Origin: Chiloscyllium plagiosum
Taxonomy: Eukaryota
Direction of reading: 5' to 3'
DNA: 64,000 nt
NCBI RefSeq assembly: GCF_004010195.1
Contig: NC_057718.1
Span: 78,480,935 to 78,544,934, forward strand
Shown here: in pieces, positions 38,118 to 50,549 of the stretch
Layout of the letters: each line of letters begins with the position of its first letter
Numbering within the stretch: the first letter of the stretch is position 1
The notes under the pieces: model-generated
Told to the model about the DNA's origin: nothing
Seen by the model: only the letters and a program-made list of their open reading frames with translations
Database searches by the model: none
Program-made: the position numbers and the translations under genes

Positions 38118-38379
38118 ATTAGCTTCTAGATATTTTTAATTAGCCATAAAGAGGTAATGACACACCTCTGGAGCAGGTGGGACTTGAACCCAGGCCTTCT
38201 AGCCCAGAGGTAGGGACATTGTCACCACACCACCAATGAATTAGCTTCTATTACTTTCTAATCAACTTGCTCAGAGATGCTATGACACACCTTTGCAGCA
38301 GGTAAGCGCACACAGTTCTTTGCTCAGAGGTAGGGAACCCTGCCCCTATACCATAACAACCGTAATGATTAGCTTCTAG
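38114..38379. repeat. Two diverged units of about 125 bp with a tRNA/SINE-like core, bounded by three ATGA(A)TTAGCTTCTA motifs
   Basis: Motif at 38114, 38236 and 38365; both units contain atgacacacct...gcaggt...cagaggtaggga. Confidence 0.7.
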
Positions 38380-38632
38380 TGTTTGACACAAATAGTAGGC
38401 TACAGCTGCTAAGGTTTATGCTTCACAATCCAATAATATCCATTTGTTTCCTGTGATTTACTAATATCTGTGATTAGGATTGGTGTTTGTTATTAGTACA
38501 GCTTTCAAGGTGAAACAAATCAGAGGTGAGAAATCAGTTAAAAATTAAAGGTGCATTTTTCTGAGTCTGTACTTTGTAATGTTAAATATGAAATATTTAA
38601 TCAAGCCGTGATTAATAATTTAAAAAAAAGAA

Positions 38633-38638
38633 AATAAA
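38633..38638 (+). terminator. Candidate polyadenylation signal of the SLC22 gene
   Basis: AATAAA about 515 nt after the stop, at the end of an AU-rich stretch, followed by a GT-rich tract (ttgggttgtcttgtct). Confidence 0.55.
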
Positions 38639-38896
38639 TTCTTGAATTTTAAACTTGAGCTTGGGTTGTCTTGTCTCCAGTGGCATGACTGAATGAACTG
38701 GATGCTATTGTTAAACTTGAACTTCAGCCTACATAAAACGAAGATGGCTCGAGACTAATTGTACAGAAGGAACACTGATTTAAGTGACATCAATAATCAC
38801 TGTGCCCCCTCATATCTTTCTTCATTCAGTTATGTCTAATTGCAAGGGTTGTTGTAATAGAATGAAAACCTCACTTTCTATTAACCATTGCATACA

Positions 38897-41042
38897 TTGG
38901 ATGTAGGTTTGCTCGCTGAGCTGAAAGGTTCATTTCCAGATGTTTCATTACCTTACTAGGTAACATCTTCAGTGGACTTCATGCGAAGCAATGCTGAAAT
39001 TTCCTGCTTTCTATTTATATGTTTGGGTTTCTTTGGGTTGGTGATGTCATTTCCTGTGGAGAAGTCACTTCCTGTTCCTTTTCCCAGGGGGTGGTAGATG
39101 GGGTCTAACTCAATGTGTTTGTTGATAGAGTTCTGGTTGCAATGCTATGCTTCTAGGAATTCTCGTGCATGTCTTTGTTTGGCTTGTCCTAGGATGGATG
39201 TATGGTCCCAGTCGAAGTGGTGTCCTTCCTCATCTGTATGTGAGGATACTAGTGAGAGAGGGTCATGTCTTTTTGTGGCTAGTTGGTGTTCATGTATCCT
39301 GGTGGCTAGTTTTCTGTCTGTTTCTCCAATGTATTGTTTGTTACAGTCCTTGCACAGTATTTTGTAAATGACGTTAGTTTTGCTCATTGTCTGTATAGGG
39401 TCTTTAGCCTTTAAGTTCATTAGCTGCTGTTTTAGTGTGTTGGTGGGTTTGTGGGCTACCATGATGCCAAGGGGTCTGAGTAGTCTGGCAGTCATTTCCA
39501 AAATGTCTTTGATGTAGGGGAATGTGGCTAGGGTTTCTGGACGTGGTTTGTCTGCTTGTTTGGGTTTGTTACTGAGAAATCGGCGGACTGTGTTCATTGG
39601 GTACCCAGTCTTTTTGACTGTACAGTATAAGTGATTTTTCTCTGCTCTGTATAGTTCCTCTGTGCTGCAGTGTAGTAATGTTTGAAGTAATGTTCTCTTT
39701 GAAGTAATGTTCTCGTGCAGTTTCGTCTGTTGGTGTTGGGATGATTACTTCTGTAGTTCAATATTTGTTCTGTATGTGTTGTTTTTCTGTAGATGCTGGT
39801 TTGAAATTCCCCATTAGCTGTTTGCCATTGGGTAATCCGTAGAAGTGTGGTGTGTTGGATCCATCTGGTTTCATTTTTTGGAAGTCTGTCTTATTTATTT
39901 GTCCAGATTTCTGAACTGTTTTAAATAGGGCTGTGATTTGGTTCTCTAGTTGTGGGGTCAGGTCTATTGCCACTTGTTGGTACGTGTTGGTATCTGTAAG
40001 TAGTGAGTTTGTTTTTTCAATGTAGTCTCTTCGATTTAGAATGACTGTCAAGCTTCCTCTGTCTTTTGGTAGAATAATAATGTTTTTATCTTTTTTTAGT
40101 CTTTCCAGTGCTTTCCTTTCTTGTGTAGAGTGTGTTTCCTTCCTTTTTTCTGCTTAATGTTGGAGTGACTACTTGTCTGATGGATTGTTGGGTTTCTTCT
40201 GAGAGTTGGTTGTCTTTTAGTGTTGTTTCTAATGCTGATAAGAAATCTTTGTTGTCCGCATCCTGGTAATTTAGTCCTCTTACTAAGACGGCTTTTTCAG
40301 TGACTGTTAAAGGTCAGTCAGATAAGTTTTTTATCCATGCTTCTCTGTTATAATTGTTGTTACTTTGTGTAAGTTTATCTAGTTTTTTTTGCAGGTCTAG
40401 TTTTTTCATTTTCCATGTTTGTCATTGCCTAATATCTATGGCTTGTTGTACTGTGTCTGTCCATTCATGCAACGTCTGTTGCATGACTAAGTAAAGATTT
40501 TTGATGTAAAGTTTCCAGGTTGTATTTACAGAGTCTGTTGTGGGGATTATTAATCATTTCTTTAAGCATTCTGCTGCCATTTTGCTCTGCTATTATGGCT
40601 AGTGGGATGTTAAGGGGAGATTTGTATTGAAGACATTTAGGTCATACCTGCTTCCTTAGGCATTTGTTCGCGGGTGGCACTCTGTCGGATGACATTCGTT
40701 TCCCGTTTTTGGGTCAGTTTTAGCGTATTACGCCCATAGGTCTTAACGAGTTTTGAGAAGATTTGTAGCTCAACAAACACAATGAGTTAGACCCCATCTA
40801 CCACCCCCTTAGAAAAGAACAGGAAGTGACTTCACCACAGGAAATAACATCACCAAAGGAAATGATATCACCAACCCAAACATATAAATAGAAAGCAAGA
40901 AGTTGCAGCATTGTTTTACATGAAGTCCACTGAAGATGTTACCTAGTAAGGTAATGAAAAATCTGGAAATGAACCTTTCATCTCAGCGAGCAAACCTACA
41001 TCCAAAACCTCAACCTGAGCTACAAATCTTCTCAAAACTTGC
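38897..41042 (-). mobile_element. Penelope family A element with internal RT deletion and inverted pseudo-LTRs
   Basis: ORF 39145..39597 VIYKILCKDCNKQYIGETDRKLATRIHEH; 38897-39125 is inverted at 40770-41005; hammerhead-like motifs at 38936-38975 (-) and 40927-40966 (+). Confidence 0.9.
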
Positions 41043-41128
41043 TGTTGCGTATACATCAAGAGACAGTTTAGGAGAGAACAGCCTCAAGCTAAGAGGTGTA
41101 GTAAAGAAGATAAACAATATCCCTAGTT

Positions 41129-41765
41129 AAAAATCACACAACACCAGGTTATAGTCCAACAGGTTTATTTTGAAATACTAGCTATCAGGGTGCTGCTCCT
41201 TCATCAGGTTGCTGTGGAGCAGGGCTGTAAGACAATATGTAGCAAAAAGGTTACAGTATCTGCATTTACAGAATTATTTCAGATTCATTCTATTTCGCTC
41301 AAAAAGTGTACAATCTGCAGGCAGTCATTCTGCGTAATATTTTATAAATTCCACTTTGGAAATAGAACCAGTCTGGCTCAAGATTGGGATACAGACAGAC
41401 TCTAACCTCACACCTTTAATGCAATATCTGAGCTGAAACATCACTTTTTTAAAAAAAAACCTACACTATCTTGGGAATGTGACTTAAAAGCAGCTCTGGG
41501 ATTTACATGTTAATGAACCGAAACCTGCAATCCATTCTAAAAGATGAAAAACTTAACAGCATTCTAGGTTTGTTCAATATCATTTCAGTTTCATGAACTG
41601 CAATCTTTTGCTAAAATTCTGTGTCTTATGGTCCTGCCCCACAACTACCTGATGAAGGAGCAGCGCTCTGAAAGCTCGCGCTTCCAAATAAACCTGTTGG
41701 ACTATAATCTGGTGTTGTATGATTTTTAACTTTGTCCACCCCAGTCCAATAGCAGCTCCTCCACA
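41129..41765. mobile_element. Short Penelope-derived element (family D) with about 130 bp inverted ends carrying hammerhead motifs
   Basis: aaaaatcacacaacaccagg...ccttcatcagg is mirrored at 41596-41729; atatccctag occurs on both flanks. Confidence 0.75.
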
Positions 41766-42539
41766 TCATAATATCCCTAGCATCAGATCTCATCCTGTGT
41801 TTCCAAATTTGAGTTCTGTTTTTTTATCTACAATGTACAGAAATACTTGAAGATTATGGGACAAGTAAGAGAAAGCATTAAAAAACACACATAGTATCTT
41901 TGGCTTTATTAAAAGAGGCACAGAAGACAAAAGCAAAGAAATTATATTAAACACTGTGACGCAGTGGTTGGACATCAGCTGCAGAATTTTATGATCCAAA
42001 CCTTTTGAAGAATGTCAAGGCTTTCCAGCATTTTGGAGAGAAATTTAGTAGAATGCAAATAAACATACTCTACTTCAACTCCATTACCAAATGTGGCTTG
42101 ATAGCATTACTATGGATTGGGTGAGAGCTGAAGAATATATCTGGGCCTGAGCAGATGATGAGCAAAGCAACAAGGAAAGCCTACTTGACCACAGCAATCT
42201 ACTTGTCGCAGATACATTTGCATATGGAAATAGTGGCAGGAGAGATCACTGCAAAGTTCCAGCAGAGACAAAGCTCAGTTCTCACAATAAGGATTATGTG
42301 GCATATTACTGTTCTAAATGGGATTGATTCAGATCTGATCTCGAAACTCAGTGGGGCATCCATTACCATCAAGCAAGGGCAATCTGCCCTGGTTAAATAA
42401 CAGAGTGCAGGAGGGCATGCCTGGAGCACTAGAAATACCTCGAAGCTACAGCACAGGATGACTTACCTGTCAAGCATCAGATGCAACATTTTTGATCAAT
42501 TTTGATCTGATCCAAGCTCTGCAGTCCTGCCCATCTAAT

Positions 42540-43070
42540 AGATAATCTGAACCCTTTCAAGTTCACAACAGCTTTCCTATAGCAGAGAGATCAGAATTGA
42601 ACACAATATTCCAAAAGTGGCCTGAATGATGTTTCATACAGTCTCAACATGACCTCCCTTTTATATTCAATACAATAATCAATAAAGGCAAGTGTACCAA
42701 ATGCCGCCTTCACTATCCTTTCAAAGTTTTCTTGCTCAGCAACACTTCCCAGGACCTTACCTTTAAATGTATTTGCCTTTCCAAAATGCAGCACCTTACA
42801 TTTTTCTAAATTAAACTCCATCTGCCACTCCTTGACCCATCTGATAAAGATACCTTTGTACTCAGATCTTTCGTTCCTGTCCACTGACACCAAAATTGGT
42901 GGTGTATCTGCAAATTTACTAACTTTACTAACTAATTTACTAAATTTGTTAACAAATTTACTACTATGTTCACATCCAAATCATTTATATAAGTGACAAA
43001 AAGCAGTGGGCCCAGCACCGATCCATGTGGCACACCACTGGCCTCCAGTCTGAAAAGCAAACTTCTACTT
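42540..43070 (-). mobile_element. CR1 fragment
   Basis: ORF 42591..42893 WQMEFNLEKCKVLHFGK...[10 protein letters not shown]. Confidence 0.85.
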
Positions 43071-45400
43071 TTTTAAATGGAAGGTGTAAACAGAAAAAAA
43101 CTAAGACCCCCGGGGCAGAACCAGGTAAAACAGAGTAAAGCCACACTCTCTGCTCTTTCAAAATAGAAAGTAAAGCTACCTTGACTTTGTTGAACAAAAA
43201 TAAAAGATCCTATTTCTCTGGGGATAAACAAAAAAAAAATTTAAAATGGCTTCCAAAATCGGAACAATGAGAAAATACAACAGCCCTCTTCCTAGGGAAA
43301 AACAATTCTCCACTCTTGTAAACAAAAAGATGTAAACAGAAAAATAACAAGACTCCTGACACTGCTCCTATCAGATACTCCTAGCACAGGGACAGTACTG
43401 AGTGAAACACAGAACAAAGCCCACTCTGCTCTTCTTCAACAGAAAATAAAGCTGCCTTGACTTTGTTAAACACACTATCACTCGGGGGGAAAAAAACAAA
43501 TAGACAACTAAAAACTAAAAGGCTCTACTTTGACTCTGTCCCCACCAACCTCTTGGGTCGGGACCACAGGGCGTCAAAATAAAAATAAATACGAACAAAA
43601 ATCAAAGAAAACAAATAACTGACTAAATAAATAAATAAATCTTCTCCATCACCACTGAACACTCTGCAACAGGGAACAAGTGAGGCCTGCAGATGCTGGA
43701 GATCAGAGTCAAAAGGTGTGGTGCTGGAAAAGCACGTCTGGTCAGGCAACATACGAGGAGCCAGAGAGTCGATGTTTCAGGCATAAGCTCTTCACCAGGA
43801 ATGTAGTAGGCTGGAGGGAGCAAGGAGTCTGGGAATGTGACAGGTAGATGAAGATGGGGGCGGATAGTGATAGGTCAGAGGGGAGGGTGGAGCAGATTGG
43901 TAGAAGGAAGATGGACAGGTAGGACAGTTCAAGAGCATGGTTGGGGTGGGGTAAGGGTGGGGTTCAGGAAACTGGTGAAATTGACATTGATGCAGTGTGG
44001 TTGGAGGGTCCCAAGGTGAAAGATGGTGTTCTTCCTCCACACGTTGGGTGGCTAGGATTTGGCAGTGAGGTGGCCCAGGACCTGAGTGTCCTTGGCAGAG
44101 TGGGAGGCTGGTGTTGAAATGTTCGGCAACAGGGTAGTGGGGTTGTTTAGTGCATGTGTTCTCTGAAACGTTCTGCAAGTTGGCATCCTGTCTCCCCAGT
44201 GTAGAGGAGATCCCAGAGAGCAATGGACACAGTAGATGACGTGTGTGGAGGTGAAGGAAAATCTGTTGGATGTGGAAGGATCCTTTGGGGCTTTGGATAG
44301 AGGTGAAGGGCTTGGGGGGGAAGGTGTGGGCACACATTATATACCTCTTGCATTGGCAAGGGAAGATGCTGAGAGTGGAGGATGGGTTGTGGACATGATA
44401 AGGGCGTAGCGGAGGGAATGGTTTCTGTGGAATTCAGATAGGGGTGGAAAGGAAATCTCTTAAGTGGTGGCGGAAATGGCAGAGGGTGATGTGTTGTACC
44501 CAGAGATTGGTGGGGCAGAAGGTGAGAACCAGGGGAGTTCTGTCCTTGTTGCGATTGGAGGAGTGGGGTTCAAGGGCAAAAGTGCAGGAAACGGAGGACA
44601 TGCACTGGAGATTTTCCTGTATCTCCACACACGTAAACCCGAGGTAGGCCAATGTTCTCACAGTCAACTGTGCCAGTGTCATCCAGCCTGCTCCTCCGCC
44701 ATCCATCACATGTCCAACTCTGTTCAGCCCTGCAGCCCGAGCTCTCTCCTCCCACGGCCACTGCAAACCACACTTGAGGAACCTGTTCCTGAGCAGTGGC
44801 TCCCTGATGAGAGCTGACTGTGTCCCAGACTGAGATCAGGTCCAGATAGAAGACAGGCAATTCCTGGAAGACCACCCGAGGCCAGGACCACTCCGCAAAC
44901 AGAAACATGGTGTTGTAATGGAGGCTGTGCATGGACAGAAGAAATTCATCAGGGGACATCACCTTGGAGACGGCTTTATGTAAAGGTATCACTGCAGGGT
45001 CTGAAGGCAGAAAGTCCCTGCCTGGGTGCCAAGGTAACCACCCTACTCAAGTGGGAAGGATATGGACCGGGTGCCAGTAGATGGGACTATATCGGGTTGG
45101 GATATCTGGTTGGCATGGATAAGTTGGACTGAAGGGTTTGTTTCCATGCTGTACATCTCTAAATGGTATGACTAAAGGATGACAAAGCCCAGGATGAAAG
45201 TTGTTGGAGGGGAACGCAGAGTATGTAACCACCCCCCACGTAAGAATGGCTGGTCTACACCCCAGATATTGTTTTAGAGCACTGTTGACCCCGTCCCCCA
45301 CCAGACCCCAAATGAGGATCACCACCCCTCACAGAAAAAGAACCTGACAAAGTCTTGTTCAGTCTCAGCAGCCAGCACAGTCCCATAAGCTGCCATGTCC
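43070..45400 (-). mobile_element. Decayed Tx1/L1-clade LINE pieces interrupted by Penelope and CR1
   Basis: ORF 44570..44992 ...ELPVFYLDLISVWDTV resembles the Tx1 ORF2 C-terminal region; T-rich 3' end on the minus strand at 43070-43660. Confidence 0.5.
43677..44600 (-). mobile_element. Penelope-like element (family C) 3' fragment
   Basis: NRNKDRTPLVLTFCPTN, HVIYCVHCS, LLYTGETGCQLAERFREH; pLTR at 43677-43800. Confidence 0.85.
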
Positions 45401-45989
45401 CAATCCACAGGTCCCAAACAGCAGTTCCCCAAAGGCAAAGTCATTGGCAGATGATACAGGCTACACTCTGGATATAGTAACAAAGAGGGCCCAGGCTCCA
45501 AACAATTCCAGGCCCCAGACTCCAGAATACAGTTACTCACCAATAAGTGTTCAGGTCCTAAGCAGTTAAAGCCCAGGCATTAAGACTGAAGAAAAGAGAC
45601 CAGGTTCCAGGAACATGCCTCCCCAGCAGCAGATAGAATAGAAAGGTCCAGGCTTTAGGAACTGATGCTTCAAGACATTAGCTGGATAGAAATACAGGCC
45701 ACCAGACCCCTCAGGGCATCAAAAGCAACCAGACCCATTTGCCAAATCCCTCCAGGCCCCAAGCAGCAGGTGCAGCTTCTCCTTGGCACAGTAGATCATT
45801 TTACAACAGTCTAAGTCACTGAGAAGAAATGCAGGCCACCAGGCTGCCAAAGTCAACAGCAGTAGAGAATCCCAGGTTTAAATGCTTCCAGGCAGGCGGC
45901 AACACCAGAAGCTCCAAGCCTCAAACAGCTCCAGCTACTCTCAGTCACAACAGGTGTTACCACTTCAGTCCCCAAGTTCCAATGACAGT

Positions 45990-48100
45990 GGCAGCAAAGT
46001 AAAAACTCCCCATACACTGCCCTCTACAGGGAAAGCAACCCTCCTCCACCACCCTCTGTCTCTTACCTTCAAGCCAGTTCTATATTCAAATGGATTGTAA
46101 TCCATGTGACAAAACCATGCTAAACTATTTACCATGTAGAACATTGTCAAATGCCTTACTGAACTCATATAGACCACTTCTACGGCTCTACCTTCATCAA
46201 TGCTCTTTGTTACTTCCACAAAAAAAACTCAATCAAGTTCGTGTGACACGATTTCCCACGCACAAAGCCATGTTGACTATCCCTAATCAGTCTTTGCTTT
46301 TCCAAACACATGTGAATCCTGGCTCTCAGGATCCCTTCCAGTCTCAGGCGATTGCCTGTTTGCATGTTCTTCCTTTGTCTTTGTGGGTTTCCTCCCACAG
46401 TCCAAAGATGTGCAAGTTAGGTGGATTGGCCATGCTAAATTACCCATTGTGTCCAGGAATATGCAGGATAGTGCATTTGCCAGGGGAAAATGCAGGGTTA
46501 CAGAAATAGGATGGGAGTGGGTGTATCTGGGTGGCATCCTCTTCCAGTGTGGACTTGTTGGGCTGAATGGCCTATTTCTACACTACAGATTGGCACTGTC
46601 CCTCCTGTTCTATTGCAACACACACCACTGATGTCAGGTTCAGCAGTCTATAGTTCCTTGGCTTTTCCTTACCACCTTTCTTAAATAATGGCACCATGTT
46701 CACCAACCTCCAGTCTTCTAGCACTTCACCTGTGGCTATTGATGATACCAGGAGAAAGTGAGGACTGCAGATGCTGGAGAATCAGAGTTGACAAAGCATG
46801 CACTGGAATAAGCATAGCAATTCAGGCAGCATCCAAGGAGCAAGAGAGTCGACGTTTTGGGCATAATGTTTCTTCAGGACTGATGATACAAGTATCTCAG
46901 CAAAGGGCCCAGCAATCTCTTCCCCAGCTTCTCACAAGGTTCCAGGGTACAGCTAATCAGATCCTGGGGATTTAGCTACCTGCATGCATTTGGAGATGTC
47001 CAGCACCTCCTCCAGTGTCATATGCGCAATTTTCAAGACATCGCCATTTATTTCCCCAAGTTCTGTAGCTTCCATACCCTTCTCCACAGTAAACGCTGAT
47101 GCAAAATACTTGTTCGGTATCTCCCCCTTCTCCTGCTCTTCCACGCAAAGTAGGCCTTGTTGATCTTTAAGGTGCCCTATTCTCTCCCTTGTTACTCTTT
47201 TATTTTAATGTATTTGTAGAATCCCTACAGATTCTCCTTAATCCTGTTTGCCAAAGCTATCTCATTTAGAGACAAAAAAACCCAGCAGATGCTGGAATCC
47301 AAGGTAGACAGGCAGGAGGCTGGGAGAACACAGCAAGCCAGGCAGCATCAGGAAGTGGAGAAGTCAGCATTTCAGGTGTGACCCTTCTTCAGGACTCCCC
47401 CCTTAAGAATACTTTTCCTGCCTTTATACTCTCTGGGGTTCACTCCATCCTTGCTGACTATATCTGATACATGCTTCCTCTTTTTCTTGACCTGAACCTC
47501 AATTTCTCTGTCCATCTAGCATTCCACACACCTACGTGCCATATCCTTCACCCTAACAGAAATATACTGTCTCTGAACTCTTGTTATCTTATTTTTGAAG
47601 ACTTCACACTTTCCAGCCGTCTCTTTACCTGCAAATATCTACCCGCTCCCCCGCCCCCATCAACTTTTAGAAGTTCTTGCTGAATGCTGTCAAAATTAAT
47701 GTTCTTCCAATTTAGAACTTTAACTTGTTTCCCAAGAATAGGTCAAGTTTTGCACCTTCTCTAGTGGGTACATTCAGATACTGAATCAGAAAAATTTCTG
47801 AACACACTTAAATTTCTCTCCATCCAAGCCTTTAACACTATGGCAGTCCCAGTCTATGTTTGGAAAGTTAAAATCCCCTACCATTATCACCCTATTATTC
47901 TTACAGATAACTGAAATCTCCTTACAAATTTGTTTCTCAATTTCCTGTTGATGATTGTATCATAGACCTTCCCCGATCTCAATAAAGTAATTATCCCTTT
48001 TTTATTTCTGAATTCCACCCAAATAACTTGCCTGAATGTACTCCCAGGAATATCCTTCCTGGTACAGCCGTAATGTTATCCTTAATCAAAAATACCACTG
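45990..48100 (-). mobile_element. CR1 with nested SINE (about 46340-46590, +) and solo pLTRs (about 46750-46880 and 47270-47395)
   Basis: LIRDSQHGFVRGKSCHTNLIEFF; NKYFASAFTVEK...KSPGSD. Confidence 0.85.
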
Positions 48101-48779
48101 CTGCTACATAGGATTGAGCTAAAATACCCTCTCATCTAAAATACTACACAAGACCCTGGCTTTTCTAATATCTAAAAGCACTGGACAAAATCCTGAGCTC
48201 AGGCTGCAACAAACACACAGATCCAGAATAATTTCAGTCCTGGACTATTGTTCAGCCTGGAATTCCAATATCCATCTCTACTCTAAGAGTAGAATCAACC
48301 AAACCTAACGCTCTGGACTGAAACAAGCTTTTACACCTTGGAATACCCAGTGTAGACAGTATGATGCTTCAGAGATTGTGAACATTCATTCAAAATACAT
48401 TCACACATACTCTTAACTATCAGGAAACCAAGTGACTTCAAAGGGAACACCAAAAACACAATGCCAGCGCAGATTTGAGAGAAGATAATGGGGCACACAG
48501 TCGACATAACTGCTAGCCCTGATCTTACCTGGGAGAGGGCCTTTTCCAACAACAAGCTCCCCACAGGCTTTCAGCCCCAACAAGCAGCTTCAGAATCAAG
48601 AACCACAGAGGCCAGACAGAAAAGCTGAATTGAAAAACCAAACCAAGGTCATCATCACAACAAAGTGGGGGGAATGGGTGAGAACCACCAAGTGTTAGTC
48701 GAACAAGAGCTTCTGGACACAGGCCTCTTCTAAGTCAAGAGAATCAATGGGCAGAACCTGAGCAATCAGCTGCACTTTC

Positions 48780-49102
48780 TTAGATTAGATTAGATTAGAT
48801 TACTTACAGTGTGGAAACAGGCCCTTCGGCCCAACAAGTCCACACCGACCCGCCGAAGCGCAACCCACCCATACCCCTACATTGACCCCTTTACCTAACA
48901 CTACGGGCAATTTAGCATGGCCAATTCACCTAACCTGCACATCTTTGGACTGTGGGAGGAAACCGGAGCACCCGGAGGAAACCCACGCAGACACGGGGAG
49001 AACGTGCAAACTCCACACAGTCAGTCGCCTGAGTCGGGAATTGAACCCGGGTCTCTGGCGCTGTGAGGCAGCAGTGCTAAGCACTGTGCCACCGTGCCGC
49101 CC
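48780..49102 (-). mobile_element. Young full-length HE1-type SINE
   Basis: CpG-rich copy with A and B boxes and (TAATC)n tail. Confidence 0.94.
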
Positions 49103-49627
49103 CTGTTTTCCTCAGTGGTGTGCTCAAACTCCCGAGAACCCCAAAGCTTCCAACCTAGCTAGCAGGTAGGGGAAGGCAAGGACATGGGACCCCACAGGTA
49201 GGAAGACTGATTTATGTTTCTGGGATTAAAACTGCTGTTTAGGTTCTAATGGTGTTTAATTTAATAATAACAGTCCTCTGTATAACTGATAGTGTTAATT
49301 TCATTGTTCAGTACTTTTACCCTGTACTTCTTGTATTACACTTACCTTTTTTATTTAAGTAGATACAGAGATTCTTTTACCCCGAAATACCTGTCTACTT
49401 CCTTCTTCATTTCACCATTCCCTAAATAAGTCCAGCAGCAGAACCAGGGATCTGGGGGGTGATTCAAACAATGTCAAATCAGCAGATTACTGTCTGCAAA
49501 CCAGAACCTGCATCTTCTCTCCTGCCCCCTTCTATCCTTCATATAGCATCTATACCCTGGAACAGTAAGCTGCCAATCCTATCCATTCCTGAGCCATCAA
49601 ACTGCCAGTCCTGTCCTTTCTTGAGCT

Positions 49628-50545
49628 GGAAATGTGTTGCTGGAAAAGCGCAGCAGGTCAGGCAGCATCCAGGGAATAGGAGAATCGACGTTTCGGGCAT
49701 AAGCCCTTCTTCAGGAATGAGGAAAGTTTGTCCAGCAGGCTAAGATAAAAGGTAGGGAGGAGGGATTTGGGGGAGGGGCGTCGGAAATGTGATAGGTGGA
49801 AAGAGGTCAAGGTGAGGGTGATAGGTCAGACGGGAGTGGGGGCGGAGAGGTCGGGAAGAAGATTGCAGGTTAGGAAGGCGGTGCTGAGTTCGATGGATTT
49901 GACTNNNNNNNNNNNNNNNNNNNNNNNNNNNNNNNNNNNNNNNNNNNNNNNNNNNNNNNNNNNNNNNNNNNNNNNNNNNNNNNNNNNNNNNNNNNNNNNN
50001 NNNNNNNNNNNNNNNNNNNNNNNNNNNNNNNNNNNNNNNNNNNNNNNNNNNNNNNNNNNNNNNNNNNNNNNNNNNNNNNNNNNNNNNNNNNNNNNNNNNN
50101 NNNNNNNNNNNNNNNNNNNNNNNNNNNNNNNNNNNNNNNNNNNNNNNNNNNNNNNNNNNNNNNNNNNNNNNNNNNNNNNNNNNNNNNNNNNNNNNNNNNN
50201 NNNNNNNNNNNNNNNNNNNNNNNNNNNNNNNNNNNNNNNNNNNNNNNNNNNNNNNNNNNNNNNNNNNNNNNNNNNNNNNNNNNNNNNNNNNNNNNNNNNN
50301 NNNNNNNNNNNNNNNNNNNNNNNNNNNNNNNNNNNNNNNNNNNNNNNNNNNNNNNNNNNNNNNNNNNNNNNNNNNNNNNNNNNNNNNNNTCTTAGCCTGC
50401 TGGACAAACTTTCCTCATTCCTGAAGAAAGGCTTATGCCCGAAACGTCGATTCTCCTATTCCCTGGATGCTGCCTGACCTGCTGCGCTTTTCCAGCAACA
50501 CATTTCCAGCTCTGATCTCCAGCATCTGCAGACCTCACTTTCTCC
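49628..50545. mobile_element. Young Penelope-like family C element with inverted pLTRs around a gap
   Basis: 49624-49745 and 50390-50512 are near-perfect inverted repeats. Confidence 0.85.
49683..49718 (-). ncRNA. Minimal type I hammerhead motif; inverse copy at 50417-50452 (+)
   Basis: ATTC-CTGAAGA-aGGGCttatGCCC-GAAA-CGTC-GATT. Confidence 0.75.
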
Positions 50546-50549
50546 TGTC

